Shown piece after piece: positions 9,643-21,572 of a DNA stretch of 64,000 nt. Within the stretch, counting starts at the first letter, position 1. Each line of letters starts with the position of its first letter. This stretch comes from Rhizodiscina lignyota. Lineage: Eukaryota. Location: assembly GCA_010015805.1 (NCBI GenBank), contig ML978123.1, positions 868,001 to 932,000 of the forward strand. Direction: 5' to 3'. The notes under the pieces are model-generated. The model did no database searches. It was not told where the DNA came from and worked only from the letters and a program-made list of their open reading frames with translations. Made by a program: the position numbers and the translations under genes.

Positions 9643-12164
9643 ATGACTGTCAAGAGGTATTCTCTTTTTCTTCTGATCATGAGCGAAGCCTATCTGTGTC
9701 AATGTGCTCTTGCGGAGCCTCCAGGACTCTTCTAGCGCGACCTCACTAGTTTATCCCCAGGTACTTGGGCAAAGAAACAATAATGACGGAGTGCGAACGA
9801 GGCAAACCAGAGCTCTTCAAGCACAAACCTCTTCAGCATCCATGGCAGCTCCGCCTTATCCAACTGTTGCCTCGTGACGAGACCGGGACTGTGAAAGGGA
9901 GGATACACTTCGTTCCTGGAGGTGACGCGAAGCAGATCGATCCCAACTACGGTGATGAGGAGGAAGGCAAGAAGGTTACCTATGTTGCGCTCTCTTATAC
10001 TTGGGGAGATTCGACCGATAAACGTGACATCGAACTGGATGGCAAGACGTTCTTCGTTACCGCGAACCTATACGAATTCTTATGTCTAGTAACGCTTCAC
10101 AATGGAACAGTTGGATCTCACTTTTGGATAGATGCGATCTGTATCGACCAAACGAACATCAAAGAGAGGAACGCTCAAATCGGACGAATGACTGCCATCT
10201 ACGAACACGCAGATATAGTTAATATCTGGCTTGGATCGGAGGCAGAAAATAGCAATCTTGCTATGGTAGGACTGGCAATATTGGCCGGTGAGATAACTGT
10301 GTCAAAAGCATTTCCAGAGGGGTCGTCAAAAGCGCTTGTCATAGCATCTTCTGCTGACACTGCGGTTTCAGAACCAGGCTGGGGCGTTGTACTTGACCAA
10401 AAATTCATGCGGGCTGTCACAGACCTGTTACAGAGGGCGTGGTGGACGAGAGTTTGGGTCATACAAGAATCGACTGTGCCAGACCAGAAATATGTTATGC
10501 TTTGTGGAAGCATACTAATGAGCTGGGGTGACGTCGGCAGGGCAACAGACAAACTTCAGCGGCTCATTTCGGAATTTCCAGAGTTGGAGCACCGTAGGTC
10601 CAGCTTTTTCAACCTCAGCGGCGTAGAAGATCCAATCCGCAAGATACGCAGACTACGGAAATCGGCTCCTTATGAAACCAAGTTGCTCGATCTGGTTTCT
10701 CTCGGCCGAGACTTTGACGCTTCTGACAGCAGAGACCATATATATGCCTTTCTCGGAATGATGGGGTCGAAGCCGCTCCCGTTTTTGGACCCCGACTATG
10801 AAAATCCGGTCAAAACAGTTTACCAAGATTTTACAAAGTACCTGATATCAACATGTTCATATGGCCACAAGTTGGACGTTTTAGGACATGCTAGCAACGC
10901 TTCTGCAAAAACTCCTTCCCCGCTGAGACTCTTTGATGACATGGAACAGTTACGCAGCATGGGCCAAAATTTGTTGAGCCGTAATACGGCCATTCCAAAA
11001 CCAGAACTTGATTCTGTGCTCAAGATCATCAGCAGAGTCCAGCCGCGCATGTTAGAAATCTTAAGAGACCCTCAATTCAGCCGTGACATGGACGACATGT
11101 TTCCACCATCGGTACATTCGCGGCTCTATTTAGCATCAACTTTGAATGTGGACAACCTTAGGAAGTCTGCCGAAAATGCAAGGTCTACTATATTCGCGGA
11201 CCGGAAGGACGACAGCCATGAAAACATGAACGATGAACAGCTACAAGCACAGCGAACAGGAGAGCTGGAACACACCGCGGGCGTGTTGGCTCAAGACAAG
11301 CCGCTGGTCGAATCAGGACCAGTCAGCATTCCCGACATAACGCAGACTCCTGTGGACTGGCTGAGGGTGATGGGAGTGAAATCCTCCATGCCTCTCAATT
11401 TTGACTCTTTTTTCAAAGAGCCCACAACTGAAACAACTCACTCTTCCCCTCAAGAAAGCCCGCCTTCCTGGGTTCCTATCTGGGACAGGCCACGGAGGCT
11501 CATACCACTCTGCAAATACTTCGGGCAGTTTTGCGATGCAGAGAATTCCGCTTACAGTGCAAGCGGGAGCGACCAAGCACCATTCCTGCGAAGGGCAGCT
11601 ACTCTCTTCGAATTTAGTGGCCATGAATTAAAGCTTCGGGGGTTCCGCGTCGACATAATTAAGCATCTGGACAGGCTGATATTTTCTGACATTCACGCAT
11701 ATGCCGAGCCTGATGAAAAGGTATGGGCGAAGATGCAAGACTTGGTGAACACCGGGACTTACGAGGCTACGAATGAGAGGATGGTTGATGCGCTATGGCG
11801 TACTGTCCTAGCAGATGTGGTATATGAAAGAGGCACACCAGTAAGGCGACTCGGACGGAGGATGGAAGACATCTCGGACCAGCGCGCCGATAACGACACT
11901 GGCGTAGTCCTCGACCGCTCTGCTTGCAGCGCCCGCTCTCTGGCAAGGACTGCAGGAGACCTGATCGCGTTGGTGCCAAGGCTCGCCGAAGTCGACGACG
12001 AAGTATTCCTGCTCGCTGGAGGACAAGTGCTTTATGTCCTGAGACCCCTTGGGGACTGCTTCCAGTATATTGGAGAATGCTATTTGCACGGCTACATGGA
12101 CGGTGAGGCTCTTCGAAGACTCGAGGATGGCACGGCGAAAGTAGATACGATTCGAATCGTTTAG
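9643..12164 (+). CDS. Heterokaryon-incompatibility HET-domain protein (HET-6-like)
   Basis: YVALSYTWGD, WIDAICIDQ..ERNAQIGRM..IY, WWTRVWVIQE, ASDSRDHIYAFLG, PSWVP, C-terminal YIGECYLHGYMDGEA. A putative 14-nt first exon 9643-9656 with intron 9657-9760 joins in frame; otherwise the start is ATG 9783. Confidence 0.92.
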
Positions 12165-13451
12165 GTATTTAGCTCTGGCCCTGAGGTTGAAGTATGGAGT
12201 AATCCTGGCAGGTCTTGGCGTCGTCTGATGTTTGCTTTGTGAGGAGCAGCAAAGACACCCCCTTCGACGGAGCTGCCAACGTCGATCAGTATTTAAAAAT
12301 CCAATTAATAGGCTTTATCAGGCATAGATTTGCGCTTCCCGGGGTCGCTTTTAATTTAACTGTCCTGTTCCTGGAACTAGAAGTGATTCTTGCCCGAGAG
12401 CGCGAGAAGCCTGGAGGGTGGCTAGGTGGAAAAGCGCTCAACGGTAGGCCATTGCAGAGAAAGTGCCAAGGCTTTTTTCCCCCGGAGTTTTGGCTGCTTT
12501 CGGCACATATTTGGCCCGATTATGACTTTGCCGTACTTTGCGCGAGTTTCTGCTCCATAGTGAAATAGCAATTCACGCTCTAAATAAAAAGGAACTGAAG
12601 CGCGGCGGCTCGAAATCCGTCACATTAGGTATTAATAGATTAACATTACGCCTCCGCCGATCATCGTATTCACAACCGCTCTCGCGGTCCACGACCCTTT
12701 TTTGCATCCCAAACCTCGACCTTTTTTGATGGTCGTCTGCCGTGTCCGTCCCTAGCCCTCTCTCAACGACCCCTCCTCATTGTTTCCCTATGAACGATCG
12801 AGCCTCTTAATCCCGCACTCCCGCCGAGCGGGCAAGATGTGGTATCGTACAGTAGCGACTGGAAAATTCCAAAGGAAAAGCGGTGTAGCGATCGAAAATG
12901 TGGGTATCATGCTTTTTCTGATAAACAACCCAAGAAGCGAATGTCGTAAAAAAAGACTGGCCTAAGGCTTGGCCTCGCGGCTGCTGTTGCTGGGCGCCCG
13001 GCCGAGTTTGTTTCTGTGTCGAAGCGAATGTGGAAAAGTTCTGCTCTACCGTGTCTCTTCCGCACGCCGAAGTCTATATGCACAAAAGGTCTCCGATCGA
13101 AGCGAAAGTGGTAGAGGTGTAGACAAAGGTCTAGTGTTCCAAAAAGGGGTAACAATGAAGCGAATGGCTGCCCGCAAGTCTATTGTAGCCGAGTGGGTAA
13201 GGTAAACTGCCGGTCCAGATGGACTGCAGGAGAAGAGGCAAAAAATAACGATCCAGAATGCCCGAGGAACTCGCTCAAAATGCTGAAAAGCCAATGGAGA
13301 GTAACGCCGCCCATATATGCAATGTCGTGAGGATAAGCTCGCTTTAAGGACCCTGCTTTATCCAGGACCTGGCCGTCTCGGTGACAAAACGTCGTGAAAA
13401 TGAAGCATCCAAGTGGATCTGAGTTCATAGAGAACAGGATTTGCGGAGCCT

Positions 13452-14970
13452 TTAACGGATTTGTTCGTGGTCTGATGAAGAGCCCAGAGTTTCGCCTTCC
13501 CAGAGGCTTCCTTCTGCAGAGCTTCTGCCACCAGCACTTGGACTTCGTGTGCGCGAAGATATCGAAGAGGAAGATCCAATCGTCCATTCATCGCTGTCTG
13601 ATATACCAGGATGGAAGTCCTCGTACAGATTCGTAAGAGCATAGCCATCCATGTCACCGGGGATGTGGGCTTCCCCAGCCTCCACGTAATCGTAGTCCCA
13701 ACGGGTGGCCTTGTCCGACTGCAGTCTAGGCAGAAACTTGGCTTTTGCGACAAAGAAGCAAATACCAGCCACTACAGATTTGTTAGCATGGAGAAATGAA
13801 AGGGAAGTTTGTGTGATACGTACAAATCCCACCGCCAGTCAGATCGACTGCATAGTGGTGGCTCAGGTACATTGTTGCCCACCACATCCAGAGCGCATAA
13901 ACCGCAAAAAGTGGTCGGAGACGTGGGAAGACGTGACTCATGAAGCACGCTTCTAATACAGCATTGGCAGAATGCAAAGACGGGAAAGCGCCGAAGACCA
14001 TCGGGCTGGCTGTGAAACCGCTGGTATACAGGTCGATCCCAAAGAGCTTGTCCACTGCTGCGAGGCCAGCCGGGCTACCTTGCATGCTGTAATTTGCTGG
14101 CGCGAGGCCATACATATTCTCGTACCAGGGCGGAGAGCAGGGGAAGAGGAGTTGAATGGAGACACCAATGATGTTCATGTATCCAAAGGTGCGAGCAAAG
14201 AGCGGCGCTGTGCCGGGTGGACCCCAGATGAACATGACGAGAGAGCATACGGCCGGGGCGCCAAAGTGCGTTATGCCATACGGAAGCCATGCAAGGACAT
14301 CAAGGACAACGTGCTTGTGTGCGGAGATGATGTTGGACAGGTTTGCGCCGTAGAGGATGTTTTCAAGGGTTGGGAGAACTTTCACCCAGATGGGTGGTCG
14401 ATATTCACCAGGGATGAACCTAAGTAATGGATATCAGCCTCTTCGAACGTAGAATTTCACATGTCGATAGATGATGGGCTGTATGTGAAATTGCGCTTCA
14501 ATTTCATAAAGGGTGAATAAGAAAGTGTATACTCACTTGCAGGAGAAGAAGAAGATAAGCCAGCCTGCAATGGGCAGGAAAGGCAAGAAGAACTGTCTTG
14601 TCACTGGTATGACCAGGCTCAATATTATGCCAGTCGCAACCAGCATCTTTACAAGCGGCCCTGGCGACTCTATTATGCTCAGGCAGAAGATGCCAAGGAT
14701 GGCGAGGAACAGATACTGGGCGTCATAGTAGCTCCATCGATGCTTCCGCAGTGACCTGAGCGTGTCTGCGGGTGAGAAGGAGGTCTGGAGCGCAGTGATT
14801 GTCGATGTAGGAGACTGTCTTGAGGATATGCGCGACTTCGTCTGCCTCCATTTCCGCCGTAACCGGTGTGGAATCACTGAGCGCACGGCGGGCCACGACA
14901 CGGGGAGCTTGAGCTGGCCGAGCATTGGGACGTTCGAATCGGAGTAGGACGATAGGAAGGGCTTTGGCAT
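13452..14970 (-). CDS. AUR1: Inositol phosphorylceramide synthase (aureobasidin A resistance protein)
   Basis: RPPIWVKVLPTLENILYGANLS, PCSPPWYEN, GAFPSLHS, TMYLSHHYAVDL. Introns 14420-14536 and 13772-13823. Likely ATG 14970, with an in-frame upstream ATG at 15240. Confidence 0.95.
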
Positions 14971-17048
14971 GGTCGAGGTCGCGGGCGAGGAAGAGGAATC
15001 GAATGAGGAAGCGAGCCTCGTGCGTTCGGGGGCGCCGTTGTACGGCGGTGGCGGAAAGCGTGAGAGTCCAGGAGTACTCGTCAAAATGCGTGGGTATGAT
15101 GCTGGCACGCGCAAGATGTGATGGTAGTGGTGCTGCTGCAGGCCCAGGCGACGGAAGAAGAGAGGGAGGAGGAAGAAGAAAGAGGAAAGGAAAGGTGAAG
15201 GCGTGGTTGATGAGGGAGCGAGCGTTGTTCCCGCGACCATCCGCCCGGAGCGCGAGTGAAATTGCGGGCGAAGCCACGACCTCCAGAGCCATCCCCTTCC
15301 CAGCTAGCGACGCCGCACGCGACGTTGAATGGAGCGCCCTCTGCCAGCTGCAATTCCCGCGCCATTCGTCAAATAGAGCTTCTAGAAGGTAGGCCGTCTC
15401 TCTACTTTGCGTGCGGTTGGGCGCGGACACGTTTAGCAGCGGTCATGTCTACACTCTGCACAGCACATAGGCACGTAGCACACAACGACGGCCAGCTTCA
15501 ACTCTACGGCACAGTTACACGGCCAACGAGGCGCAGATGCAAATCTACGTACACGGCGACTCTGCCTCGTCCTCACACGCGGCAGTTCCCCGGCTCCAAC
15601 TGCACCACTTCTCGTCAGATCAATTTCAAGGTGCTGACTGACTCTCTGCGCGTTCGAGCCGCTCCCACGACCAGGAAATGGATGATGTCAGCCTCTGGCA
15701 AAGCGCACAAAAGCGATGGAGAAGCTTTTCGGTGCCTGACCCACATAGTACTCTCTAGCCACCCGTAATAGCGAACGTTGCTGGAGGAATATGCAGACAG
15801 TCATCACAGCCGCTTCCTGCTGCTGCAGCGTCTCGTAATCGTCGCTCGGCCGGGCGCCAATCGACACAGCTAAAAGATGCCTTGGGCGCGCGACAGAAAC
15901 GGACGAGGATGCGAGCAGCGCCTCCGTAAGGATGGCTGTTGAAGGCGCGGGAAGCGGAACTGCAAAAGTCCCGAGACGTACATAGCATTTCCCTGTCATC
16001 TGTCCGACCAGGCCTCCGCTCTTTGCAAACTCCGCACAGAGTTTTCAGACCGCGTTCAGTTCTGTGGACCCTTTCATTGGATGATTCGCAGAGTCAGACG
16101 AAGATGTCGCAAGCAGCGCAGACTGAAACGGCGTTCCTGGTCGTCCCTCAGCGACCCTGTTCGCAAACGTCCAAAGTTTGCAAACCCGCACTGACGTTGA
16201 CCCTGTTCCCATCCCAGGCCCTCCACAGACTTTCCTGATACGTGGGGGCCACCAAGGGGCCCGCGACGCGTTCGCTCGTACAATCGAGAAGGGGACTTTT
16301 CGCGGCAGCCTCATTTGCGGGACGTTGGAGCGTGGCTTGGGTCGCGTGTTTCACTCGTGCTGTGGCGCTGAGGGCACAGATCCTTCATCCTATCGAAGAT
16401 TTTGGTCAGTAGATTCTTCGACCTTCATCGTTACTGGCTTGACGGGAAGAGCACGACCCAGTTCAATTAATTGGATCTGATGTGGAAAGGCAACCTTTTT
16501 ATTCCATACAAGACGTATGCTACCTTTCCAACTTTCCCATGTAGAGACCGTCAAAATACTAGTGTACAATTTCATATCCCGTGAAGGCATTCGACATCTC
16601 TAATGAAGTCGGCAGACTGAGTATGAGTCCGCTAATTTCCAGATGTCAATCCCTCCAGGGAGATCTCGAAAATTCAAACAACGCCAAGCACCTTTCAAAC
16701 TCGTTCGTGTGCATATTAGAACCCTTTGTCGCCATGAAAATCCAGCGCTAGTCGTCGAAATCGTGTCATTCCTTCGTATTCACATGACATCAACGACCAT
16801 GTGATCCTACAGGATCCCTGTTTCCCTTCTGTCAAGCGTTATTACTCCACTTCCATAGCTTCTTAATTTCGTTCCGAAAGACAGTGATTCGCGAAAGACC
16901 GTTCCATCTGGATTGCTCCAACTCTTGACGGCGACACCAACTCAACCCTCGCGGGGAGTCAAAGCTTCAAGCCCAAAGAGAGTCGAAAGAAATCCGAAAT
17001 GTGCAGAGCAACCCAAAACAAAGAATATCGGAAGGCGAATCGTCGAAA

Positions 17049-19358
17049 CTAGAGGTGCGCATCGAACCAAGCCATGTTCGCGTTCATCACATCGTCGGTG
17101 TTGTACTCGTGCGCGTTGAACATCTCATCCGGGAACATGGTTTCCATCGCCGAGGCTGTAAAGCCGCTGGTCTCAAAAGCACCCGTAGTTCCGGTCGAAG
17201 GGCAATTGACGAAATCATCTTTGGCGAAATCTTCAAACGAAGCGGTTGGGACATCGGTATTGTCTGTCGCCTCGCAGACAGGACTGGTAGGAGGCGTGGT
17301 GAACGCGTTCGAGATACCAGAGTTTGAGGAATGATGCGAGGGCGACTTGGGGAGCTCGTCGCTCTTAGTAGAGCCACTGCCCGGGACCTTGATTCTGGGT
17401 GAGTGTGGAGGTGTTTGAGCAAAACGGTCACCAGTACCAGAGAAATTGAAGAGCGCGTCTGCATCGGCCTTCTCACGCTCAAAGTCAAATCCTGATCCTT
17501 CTGCACCAGCCTTGGTGTTATCGAATGCGAAGGGACTGCTGTGGCTCGAGGCAGTGGTCTTCTTGTGCTTCGCATCGACATCGAATGAAGTGGCCGTGCT
17601 GTCGTAGCTCTCAAGATGAGTGGGAGGCGATGATGCCAATGGACTGGGGCCATGTTCCATGCTAAGCCATCCCGTTAGTGAACTCCTCTGTTCAGTCACT
17701 GAAAACATATTGATATACCTAAAAGGGTCTGAAGCCGGGTCTGATCCAAGATCTGCCAACGGTGCAGAGTCAAAGCCATTGAAGTCCTGAATTGGACTCA
17801 TTTCGCTCTCGTCGGACATGCTGCCACCCGAAGGCGAACCATAATCCGCTCTCGACGACGCTGCCGCCCTCGTTCTCTGGGCCTTGTCAACTCGGTCTTC
17901 CATGTCTGGCCTCTTCTTCCGCGGGCGGCCTCTAGCCTTGACAGTTCGCACCGCACCTGGGAAGCCACCAACGCACATGCCGCGCTGGCGATGTCTCGTT
18001 AAGGCATCTTGTCGAGCAAAGCCTCCGCCACAGGGGCAGCGATATGGCTTATCGCCGGTATGAATCTTGGCGTGGCGCTTGAGGTCGTGCTGTCGGACGA
18101 AGCATTTGCCGCAGGAGTTGCAGCGGAACTGGCGGTCTCCAAGATGGGTCTGTACGTGGCTGCGGATGTTCTCGCGGCGGCCGAAGGTCTTTTTGCACTC
18201 TGGATAGAGACAGGTCCAGCGGTGGTTCAATGGGTCTTGAGGCGAGATGTAGGACGAGACCTCTTCGGCGCTGATGCCAGTGTCTTCGATGGAGGCGTCA
18301 AGATTGAGGTCCGCAATTGACATTGCGTGAGGAGAGCGACTCGGAGAGTGATCAGGGGATGTGGAGAGGAAGGAAGAGTTGGAGTGCTCTTTCATCAAAG
18401 GCGACGAGAGCAGAGGAGCGGAGTCTGAGAAAGCAAGATGTGGCACAGGTCCCGGGAGAGGAATCTCTTCGACGTCCTCCAGGAAGGTGTGAACGTGTCG
18501 CTGAGCGGGCGAAGACGACGGGGATCGCGCTGGCGAGAAGCCATCAGGAGAATAGCACGACGATCCATCATAGCCGCGCTCGCTAGCAGGCTGGCTGCTC
18601 ATCGGGAAGCCACCGTTCGGAGGATCGAGATTGATGGCCATGTCGTTCAGATTGCCTGGCATAGGGACAATGTCGAGATTGTCCGCCGCCATCTTCTGTG
18701 GTGCAGCAACTGGACTGGGCACGATGTTGACGTATACGGCTCCATAGGCACCATATACAGACTTGATGTGCTGCTCCAGGTCTTTCAGCTGCTGTTCCGA
18801 GGGTCCTGGCGATGCTTGATGTTGCAGGCCCTGCTGTTGAGGTACCCCAGCGGTGGGTGAGAGTTGTACGCTTGGAGACAGCTGGGGTGTTTGGTGGACT
18901 CCAGATGGGGGTAGAGAGAGTGGTTCAAGAGGTGGATGTCCATGAGGATGAAGTGGATGAGGTGTGAAACGTTGATACTGAGGTGCTTGTTGTGCGGCTT
19001 GCGGCTGCTGCTGGTGTAGGCCCGGCTGGGCTGGTCCATGCTGCTGCGCTACTTGCATCGGATGCTGTGGGTGGTATTGTCCTGGGTTAGTGCGTATACT
19101 TACCGCCATGTCGTCCTGCGAGAAGGGTCCTGGTCCTTGGTTGTGGTGTTGGTTCATGTGGTCCGGGAAGTGTCCGTGGAAAGTTGGTCGTTGATCGAGA
19201 CTCATGCCTCGTCGATGACCATGTCCGGTAGTCCTCTGGGAGTGTATGTTCGCAGGAAGTGGTCGTACGTTGGGGGCCTCGAATGCCGTTGGCGTCGAAT
19301 TCTGTCGTCTGTGTTGAATTCGTCGTTTGGCGATTCCGGAGGTTTGGTTGGACAGCAT
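17049..19358 (-). CDS. ACE2: Ace2/Swi5-like C2H2 zinc-finger transcription factor
   Basis: WTCLYPECKKTFGRRENIRSHVQTHLGDRQFRC..CGKCFVRQHDLKRHAKIHTGDKPYRCPCGGGFARQDALTRHRQRGMC, RGRPRK, and N-terminal HRRQNS/HRRGMS. ATG 19358; probable 5'UTR intron ~19432-19603. Confidence 0.9.
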   Translation of the reverse strand: MLSNQTSGIAKRRIQHRRQNSTPTAFEAPNVRPLPANIHSQRTTGHGHRRGMSLDQRPTFHGHFPDHMNQHHNQGPGPFSQDDMAVSIRTNPGQYHPQHPMQVAQQHGPAQPGLHQQQPQAAQQAPQYQRFTPHPLHPHGHPPLEPLSLPPSGVHQTPQLSPSVQLSPTAGVPQQQGLQHQASPGPSEQQLKDLEQHIKSVYGAYGAVYVNIVPSPVAAPQKMAADNLDIVPMPGNLNDMAINLDPPNGGFPMSSQPASERGYDGSSCYSPDGFSPARSPSSSPAQRHVHTFLEDVEEIPLPGPVPHLAFSDSAPLLSSPLMKEHSNSSFLSTSPDHSPSRSPHAMSIADLNLDASIEDTGISAEEVSSYISPQDPLNHRWTCLYPECKKTFGRRENIRSHVQTHLGDRQFRCNSCGKCFVRQHDLKRHAKIHTGDKPYRCPCGGGFARQDALTRHRQRGMCVGGFPGAVRTVKARGRPRKKRPDMEDRVDKAQRTRAAASSRADYGSPSGGSMSDESEMSPIQDFNGFDSAPLADLGSDPASDPFRYINMFSVTEQRSSLTGWLSMEHGPSPLASSPPTHLESYDSTATSFDVDAKHKKTTASSHSSPFAFDNTKAGAEGSGFDFEREKADADALFNFSGTGDRFAQTPPHSPRIKVPGSGSTKSDELPKSPSHHSSNSGISNAFTTPPTSPVCEATDNTDVPTASFEDFAKDDFVNCPSTGTTGAFETSGFTASAMETMFPDEMFNAHEYNTDDVMNANMAWFDAHL

Positions 19359-20112
19359 CGTGGTGGCTGGGGGGTGCAAGTCGAGTCCGGATTGGAATCT
19401 ATTGTCGAGATGATGATCTCGTGGTCCGATACTGCAATTGACAGTCGTGTCAGCTATTGTTCAAAAGAGAAGCTATTGTGGATGAAACTGGGGGAACAAT
19501 AGGTTCTGAAACGTGCGGCGCCTATTGTCGTCGACGACGCAGTTTCTGTCCATATATTGGGCGCGAACCATCAAGGGACGAGAATTGAAGAGCAGAGACG
19601 TACCTCACGCAGCGCAAGCCGCACGCCGGGCGGGATTGAAGTTTTGGGTTGTCCTCAGTGATGAGGAAATTGAGTTGTTACTCTGTGCGATTCAATTGCT
19701 ACAGCCGGAGGTGGCTGGGAAAAGGTTTTTCGGCCCGCCTCCTACTTGGGAAGCGCCGCAGGCAAAGTGAAGCTGTGAAGAGTTCTCTAATGCAGTGAAG
19801 CAGATCAAGAATGTATTTTTGGAGGGCAAAGAATGCAATTGTGAGAGGGGTGAGATAGCGGATATCCAAATGGTGGTTCAAGTTCAGATTATGCGCCAGC
19901 GCTGCCGTGCGTCAACAGTCGTCTCCAGGAGCAACGGCCGGATTAGCCGGACCGCCACATTCGCGCCACGCGCTAACTGGGGGGCCGGAAGAATGCCGGT
20001 CTTGGCACCCGCACTTTGCATTTGAAATTCAGCCTTTTCGCCCAGAACCTTCTCGTTTACTCGATCATCTACATCGACTGAAGATACACGCCCACCGGGT
20101 TTGTTGAGGTGA

Positions 20113-20696
<584 letters not shown>

Positions 20697-20834
20697 ATTT
20701 GGAGATGAACCAAGTGTGGACAGATCGGTCGTCATAGAAATGGAAATCCAGGCATAATCGCTCTGGACTATCTTTCACCCATCGTGTTCACTTTTAATGC
20801 TTCTTATCTGGTGTGATGTTTTTCTTAACTCGGC

Positions 20835-21310
20835 TCGAGGGTGACGAAATAGCTCGCCATCGGGCCAGCCATAAAGCCCAAGAGCGAGCAGCTCTTACAC
20901 TTCAAGGTAAGCAAGACTGCATCTGAAGGCTCAGTTCTACGTTGCTCGGAGTGTATATGACTGTACCATAACGTTGCAGAATTTGTCTGGTATTAAGGCC
21001 TTAAGGGTGATAACAGAGGTAGTTGCCGTGGCAAAATGTAACGCCTAAGGTGTAACGCCTAAGGTCGAGCAGCTCTTGCAGCTCAATGTGATCGAGACTA
21101 TATCTCAAAGCTTCGATCTACGTCGTTTGGGGTGTATATAAGTGTAGGGCACCGTTGAAGAACTTGTCAGATATGAAAGCTTAAGGGTGAGAAACGACGT
21201 AGTCGCTGAAACAAGTTGTAACGCTTAAGGGCAAACAGCTCTTGCACTTTACTGTAAGCAAGACTATATCTGAAAGCTCCGCTCGATGTTCTTTAAAGTG
21301 TGTATACTAG
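20835..21310. repeat. Diverged tandem array, about 3 units of ~166 bp, with an internal exact 14-bp duplication
   Basis: CAGCTCTT(A/G)CA anchors at ~20886, ~21067 and ~21233; TTAAGGGTGA at 21001 and 21181; TGTAACGCCTAAGG twice at 21037-21064. Confidence 0.85.
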
Positions 21311-21572
21311 TGATAGACCTTTAGAAAATTAGTATACTCTATTAGCTATAGAAGCCTTACACCTCGGCCATTCAGTATATGTGAAGCTGCGGTCAACTAT
21401 CTTGTCACGTTCAGCGTTGGTGAATGACTTTCAGATTTAGCAGTCTACGTATAATACATAGAGGCCCAGCCCAATGCAGACCCGCTTGGATTTACTATCC
21501 AAGGTGTATATTCTTATGCGAGTAGTGCCGCCACGCCATGTCCACGCAATGCAGTAAAGACTACGAACAAAA

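Noticed and set aside
12215..13450. Short ORFs between the HET gene and AUR1
   Set aside because: No domains or codon bias; best explained as AUR1 3'UTR and intergenic sequence.
14723..16600. ORFs of 100-235 aa upstream of AUR1
   Set aside because: GC-rich promoter/UTR sequence gives stop-poor frames; there are no recognisable motifs.
20835..21310. CRISPR-like interpretation of the periodic repeat
   Set aside because: Eukaryotic context, similarity extends across whole units rather than identical repeats with unique spacers, and there are no cas genes.
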